Positions 28,516 through 32,000 of a stretch of 32,000 nucleotides of DNA are shown here, in pieces. The stretch comes from an uncultured bacterium (GTDB lineage: Bacteria > GCA-001730085). Every line of letters starts with the position of its first letter. Positions within the stretch are counted from its first letter, which is position 1. The stretch covers positions 39,297-71,296 of the forward strand of contig CAZMGY010000018.1 in the NCBI GenBank assembly GCA_964565945.1, read 5' to 3'. Below the pieces are notes generated by a model. It searched no databases. It was not told where the DNA came from and saw only the letters and a list, made by a program, of their open reading frames with translations. Both the position numbers and the translations under genes were made by a program.

Positions 28516-29415
28516 TTATTCCTCAAACAAGGCCTCAATAAAATCTTCACGGGAAAACGGCAAAAGATCATCCGCTTGTTCTCCCACACCAATGTAGCGC
28601 ACTGGTAAGTTCAATTCCTTAGAGATAGAAAAAATAAATCCACCTTTGGCCGAACTATCAAATTTGGCCAACAAAAGATCATCAATGCCAATATCTTTGC
28701 TAAACTGTCGAGCCTGCATCAAGCCATTGTTACCTGTGGTAGCATCCAAAATCAAACGGGTGCGAATGTGTTCCTCGGCTATATGTTTGGCAATGGTACG
28801 TTTCATTTTACCCATTTCGTCCATTAAATTCTTTTTAGTATGCAAACGCCCTGCGGTGTCAATGATAAGTAAATCTTTTTTCTGAGACTGCATTGCTTCG
28901 AGAGCTTCGTAAATCACTGCGGAAGGATCCGCACCTTCTTCTTTTTCTATCAAAGGAATTCCCAAGCGTTGCGACCATGTTCGCAATTGCTCAACTGCAG
29001 CCGCACGAAACGTATCCGCCGCAGCAATCATCACAGAATGTCCTTCATCCTGATATTTTTTGGCCAATTTAGCAATCGAGGTGGTTTTTCCCGAACCATT
29101 CACTCCTAAAACCAGCAAAACCTTAAACGATTTGTCTTCCTGCGCCTCTTCAGGCAAATAGTGCTTCATGCTCTCTCTTAAAAAGGCATAGACATCGTAG
29201 GTCGCCTCTTTCGAATCTTTCACTTTGTCTCGAATGGCATCAATCAATTCCATGGTGATGTCCACACCAACATCGGCTTTAATCAAAACTTCCTCAAGCT
29301 CTTCAAGCATATTTTCGTCAACGGTATGCTTGCTAAAAATCGACCTCACTTTGCGAGTTAACGACGACTGCGTCTTTTGCAAGCTCTTCTTAAAAAGGGA
29401 AACTAATCCAAACAT
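28516..29415 (-). CDS. ftsY: Signal recognition particle receptor FtsY (NG domain only, no acidic A domain).
   Basis: 299 aa. GTPase motifs are GVNGSGKTTSIAKLA, DTAGRLH and AKFDSSAKGG. Confidence 0.93.
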   Translation of the reverse strand: MFGLVSLFKKSLQKTQSSLTRKVRSIFSKHTVDENMLEELEEVLIKADVGVDITMELIDAIRDKVKDSKEATYDVYAFLRESMKHYLPEEAQEDKSFKVLLVLGVNGSGKTTSIAKLAKKYQDEGHSVMIAAADTFRAAAVEQLRTWSQRLGIPLIEKEEGADPSAVIYEALEAMQSQKKDLLIIDTAGRLHTKKNLMDEMGKMKRTIAKHIAEEHIRTRLILDATTGNNGLMQARQFSKDIGIDDLLLAKFDSSAKGGFIFSISKELNLPVRYIGVGEQADDLLPFSREDFIEALFEE

Positions 29416-29454
29416 ATTTGAGTCCTTTCCTTCATGATTTCCATGCGAAAAGGC

Positions 29455-29895
29455 TTAGCGGGTCTGCAATGCTCTCTTGTAAATGCGATCCAAAACACCA
29501 TTCACAAAGTGATGTGATTCCTGAGAGCCATATTTTTTGGCTACTTCAACAGCCTCATTCAGGGTTACTTGACTCGGAACATCATCCACATACAATATCT
29601 CAAACAAAGCCATTCGCATAATATTCTTATCGATCACTGAAATCTGCTCTAGATCCCAGTTGTCCAAATATTTGACAATCTTATCATCGAGCGAATCACG
29701 GTATTGCAACACACCTTTGACCAGGATTGCCGTAAAGTTTTGCACGTCCTTAAACAGTTGCTCACTGTAACTTTTTTTACGCAAAGCCCAATACTCATTC
29801 AGCACAGTCAACAAAAGACTTAAATCTTGCCGTTGCAAATCCATCTGATACAAAATCTCTAAAGCAAATTCACGAGATTTACGTCGAGGGCCCAT
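29455..29895 (-). CDS. nusB: Transcription antitermination factor NusB.
   Basis: 146 aa. It begins [14 protein letters not shown], is helical throughout, and holds the classical position after ribH. It overlaps the ribH 3' end by 17 nt. Confidence 0.88.
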   Translation of the reverse strand: MGPRRKSREFALEILYQMDLQRQDLSLLLTVLNEYWALRKKSYSEQLFKDVQNFTAILVKGVLQYRDSLDDKIVKYLDNWDLEQISVIDKNIMRMALFEILYVDDVPSQVTLNEAVEVAKKYGSQESHHFVNGVLDRIYKRALQTR

Positions 29896-30337
29896 GATGA
29901 CTGTCCTTTGGGATTTGAGTTAATACATCAATCATCTCTAAAGCACACAAAGCCGCCTCTTCCCCCTTGTTGCTCCCAGGCTCACAAGAACGTTGTTGGG
30001 CTTGCTCCAGTGTATCCGTTGTTAAAACGCCAAACACCACAGGTAATTGTTCATCGAGCGAAACGCGCATCAATCCAGCGGCGGTTTGTTCACAAATGTA
30101 ATCAAAATGCGGAGTATCGCCCCGAATCACCGCTCCCAAACAGATGACGGCAACGCAATCTTGTTTCTTGGCCAAAGCTTGGGCAACAACTGGTAACTCA
30201 TAAGCTCCAGGCACCCAATAGACCGTATAATCTTGATCGCTCAAACCATGTTGCTCAAGAGTCTGCACACAGCCCTGTAACAAACCATGAGTGATCATTT
30301 CATTAAAGCGACTCACCGCAATCGTTATTTGTTTCAT
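29879..30337 (-). CDS. ribH: 6,7-dimethyl-8-ribityllumazine synthase.
   Basis: 152 aa. Motifs are [28 protein letters not shown] and GVLT. Its start overlaps the ribBA stop (ATGA). Confidence 0.93.
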   Translation of the reverse strand: MKQITIAVSRFNEMITHGLLQGCVQTLEQHGLSDQDYTVYWVPGAYELPVVAQALAKKQDCVAVICLGAVIRGDTPHFDYICEQTAAGLMRVSLDEQLPVVFGVLTTDTLEQAQQRSCEPGSNKGEEAALCALEMIDVLTQIPKDSHHGPST

Positions 30338-31563
30338 TCGTCTAACTCCAATAAGTGACCCATTTTTTCTTTTTTGGTCTTCAAATACTGTTTATTTTCA
30401 TCGGTGCCATCAACAATCAAAGGTATCCGATCGTGAATCGTAATGCCATAGCCCTTAAGACCCACCATCTTTTTAGGGTTGTTGGTTAATATTTTAATGT
30501 GCGTGGCACCTAAATCTTTAAGAATCTGGGCACCGATCCCATAATTGCGCATATCTGGCGGAAAGCCTAATTTCTGATTGGCCTCCACAGTGTCTAAACC
30601 TGAATCTTGCAAGGCATAGGCTTTCATTTTATTCACAAAGCCTATGCCCCGGCCTTCTTGACGCATATATAGGATTACGCCTCGCCCTTCCTTAACCACC
30701 GCGTGCATCGCAGCATCCAACTGACGCCCACAGTCACAGCGCTTGGAATGAAAAACATCCCCAGTTAAACACTCGGAATGCACACGAATGAGCAAAGGGT
30801 GCTCCTCGTTCACATCGGCAACATCACCATAGACCAAAGCCACATGACCTTTATGATCGGTTTTGGATTCATAGACGATCAGTTCAAAATCACCGTGTTC
30901 CGTCGGCAAGTTGGTGCTCACCTCACGTTCGACCAAAGATTCCTTTTCCAAACGATAACTGATTAGATCGGCAATGCTACATATGGTCAGATTATGCTCA
31001 TTGGCAAACGTTTTAAGATCGGGCAAGCGCGCCATCGTTCCGTCGGGATTAAGAATTTCGCACAAAACACCCGCAGGATAAAGATCTGCCAGGCGACACA
31101 CATCAACCACCGCTTCGGTGTGCCCAGCCCTGCGCAAAACACCATCTTCTTTAGCGCATAAAGGAAAAATATGGCCTGGTTTAGCAAAATCTTCTGATTG
31201 AGTTGCCTCATCAGTGAAAGCAAAAATGGTTTTGGAGCGATCCGAGGCCGAAATGCCCGTCGTCGTATCAGTCACATAATCCACCGACGTGTAAAAAGGC
31301 GTGCTCATCAGAGACGTGTTCTGCTGAACCATTGGTTCAATCTGAAGCTCATTCAATCGTTGCAGGGTGGTGGCTAGACAAATAAGACCACGGCCATGAG
31401 TCGCCATAAAATTGATGGCTTCGGGCGTAACAAATTCGGCGGCCATGATAAGATCACCTTCGTTTTCACGCTTTTCGTCATCGACAACAATAATCATTTC
31501 TCCACGTCGAATCGCAACAATGGCATCCTCGATAGGCAATAAAACACTCGGCTGTTGACTCAT
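30334..31563 (-). CDS. ribBA: Bifunctional 3,4-dihydroxy-2-butanone-4-phosphate synthase / GTP cyclohydrolase II.
   Basis: The track ORF extends to ATG 31575 (MRFEM...). ATG 31563 has a GAGG SD 8 nt upstream and gives [15 protein letters not shown]. Motifs: [20 protein letters not shown], and the GCH-II zinc site [15 protein letters not shown]. Confidence 0.93.
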   Translation of the reverse strand: MSQQPSVLLPIEDAIVAIRRGEMIIVVDDEKRENEGDLIMAAEFVTPEAINFMATHGRGLICLATTLQRLNELQIEPMVQQNTSLMSTPFYTSVDYVTDTTTGISASDRSKTIFAFTDEATQSEDFAKPGHIFPLCAKEDGVLRRAGHTEAVVDVCRLADLYPAGVLCEILNPDGTMARLPDLKTFANEHNLTICSIADLISYRLEKESLVEREVSTNLPTEHGDFELIVYESKTDHKGHVALVYGDVADVNEEHPLLIRVHSECLTGDVFHSKRCDCGRQLDAAMHAVVKEGRGVILYMRQEGRGIGFVNKMKAYALQDSGLDTVEANQKLGFPPDMRNYGIGAQILKDLGATHIKILTNNPKKMVGLKGYGITIHDRIPLIVDGTDENKQYLKTKKEKMGHLLELDE

Positions 31564-31616
31564 TTCGAACCTCATTTGCTAAAGATCCCAGATCATCTAC
31601 TCCAGATGAAACAAAC

Positions 31617-31645
31617 ATTATAACTGATTTTTATGCTCTTGTCAG
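31617..31645 (-). promoter_or_regulatory. Sigma70-type promoter of the rib-nusB-ftsY cluster.
   Basis: The minus strand reads CTGACA (31645-31640), a 17-nt spacer, then a perfect TATAAT (31622-31617), about 50 nt upstream of the ribBA start. The short leader contains a hairpin, TCATCT-actcc-AGATGA (31593-31609). Confidence 0.5.
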
Positions 31646-31738
31646 CAGAGAAACATCGCCATTATCTTCGCTAGGTAAAAATTCCTATAATAAATTGATC
31701 CCCATTTTTATGACTCGCGCCATTCATTTGTTTTTTTC

Positions 31739-31767
31739 TTGACATTTTTATAGATTTTAAATATTGT
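31739..31767 (+). promoter_or_regulatory. Candidate promoter for the rightward partial ORF.
   Basis: TTGACA (31739-31744), a 17-nt spacer, then TATTGT (31762-31767), about 90 nt upstream of ATG 31855. Confidence 0.3.
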
Positions 31768-31854
31768 TTTCTCTCAAAGAGTCATTAGCAAGTTTTAGAC
31801 AGAATAGTAAAATTAGACGCAACTAAACCTAAACAGGAAAAAGGAGTCCGCAGG

Positions 31855-32000
31855 ATGAGTCATCCCCTAAGGTTACCATTCTTAGCTATTAATCTCGTCA
31901 TTTGCTTTTCTATTACTAACCTAATGGCCCTTGCGCCTTCCTCTCATTTGGCAAAAGTATCTCGCACAAGACCTATGGGTTCCATGGGCACAGGAAGCCT
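31855..32000 (+). CDS. 5' end of a secreted or membrane protein of unknown function (partial, runs off the window).
   Basis: AAGGAG (31841-31846) lies 8 nt upstream of ATG 31855. The frame is open to the window end. It reads MSHPLRLPFLAINLVICFSITNLMALAPSSHLAKVSRTRPMGSMGTGS, which is signal-peptide-like. Confidence 0.5.
   Translation, partial: MSHPLRLPFLAINLVICFSITNLMALAPSSHLAKVSRTRPMGSMGTGS

Noticed and set aside
31576-31854. An FMN (RFN) riboswitch upstream of ribBA.
   Set aside because: Conserved RFN core sequences were not seen on the minus strand, and the predicted leader is too short. It needs an Infernal scan to be definitive.
1-32000. tRNA or rRNA genes, CRISPR arrays, transposases or IS ends, and integrase genes flanking the giant gene.
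   Set aside because: I did not recognise any. There are no direct-repeat/spacer periodicity, cloverleaf-like segments or terminal inverted repeats.

Overview
About 70% of this window (1-22390) is one giant minus-strand coding region that is missing from the supplied ORF track. I found it by translating the sequence by hand in the standard genetic code. It starts at GTG 22390, six nt downstream of an AGGAG Shine-Dalgarno, with an in-frame TAG 12 nt upstream. It encodes a signal-peptide-like N-terminus and stays in one frame (codon first bases = 1 mod 3) until it runs off the window at position 1, at least 7,463 codons. The only interruption is a ~60-nt patch at 16754-16802 with two in-frame stops, bridged by an open alternative frame. 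The product is a mosaic. Blocks of degenerate YD/RHS-type repeats (mostly a Y-N-x-x-G-Q variant) alternate with large non-repeat inserts. These include a ~2,100-residue central region with no catalytic motif I recognise, duplicated Trp-rich modules, a coiled coil and EF-hand/dockerin-like loops. The C-terminus, where RHS-type proteins usually carry a toxin or effector domain, lies outside the window. The rest is ordinary. There is a 435-bp AT-rich divergent intergenic region, a secreted thioredoxin-fold protein on the plus strand, and a tightly packed minus-strand housekeeping cluster: ribBA-ribH-nusB-ftsY-ribD-ribE-SDR-bioF-like-sixA-gpmA. A secreted-protein ORF starts at 31855 and runs off the right edge. 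I saw no rRNA, tRNA, CRISPR array or transposase. The taxon cannot be assigned from the sequence alone.
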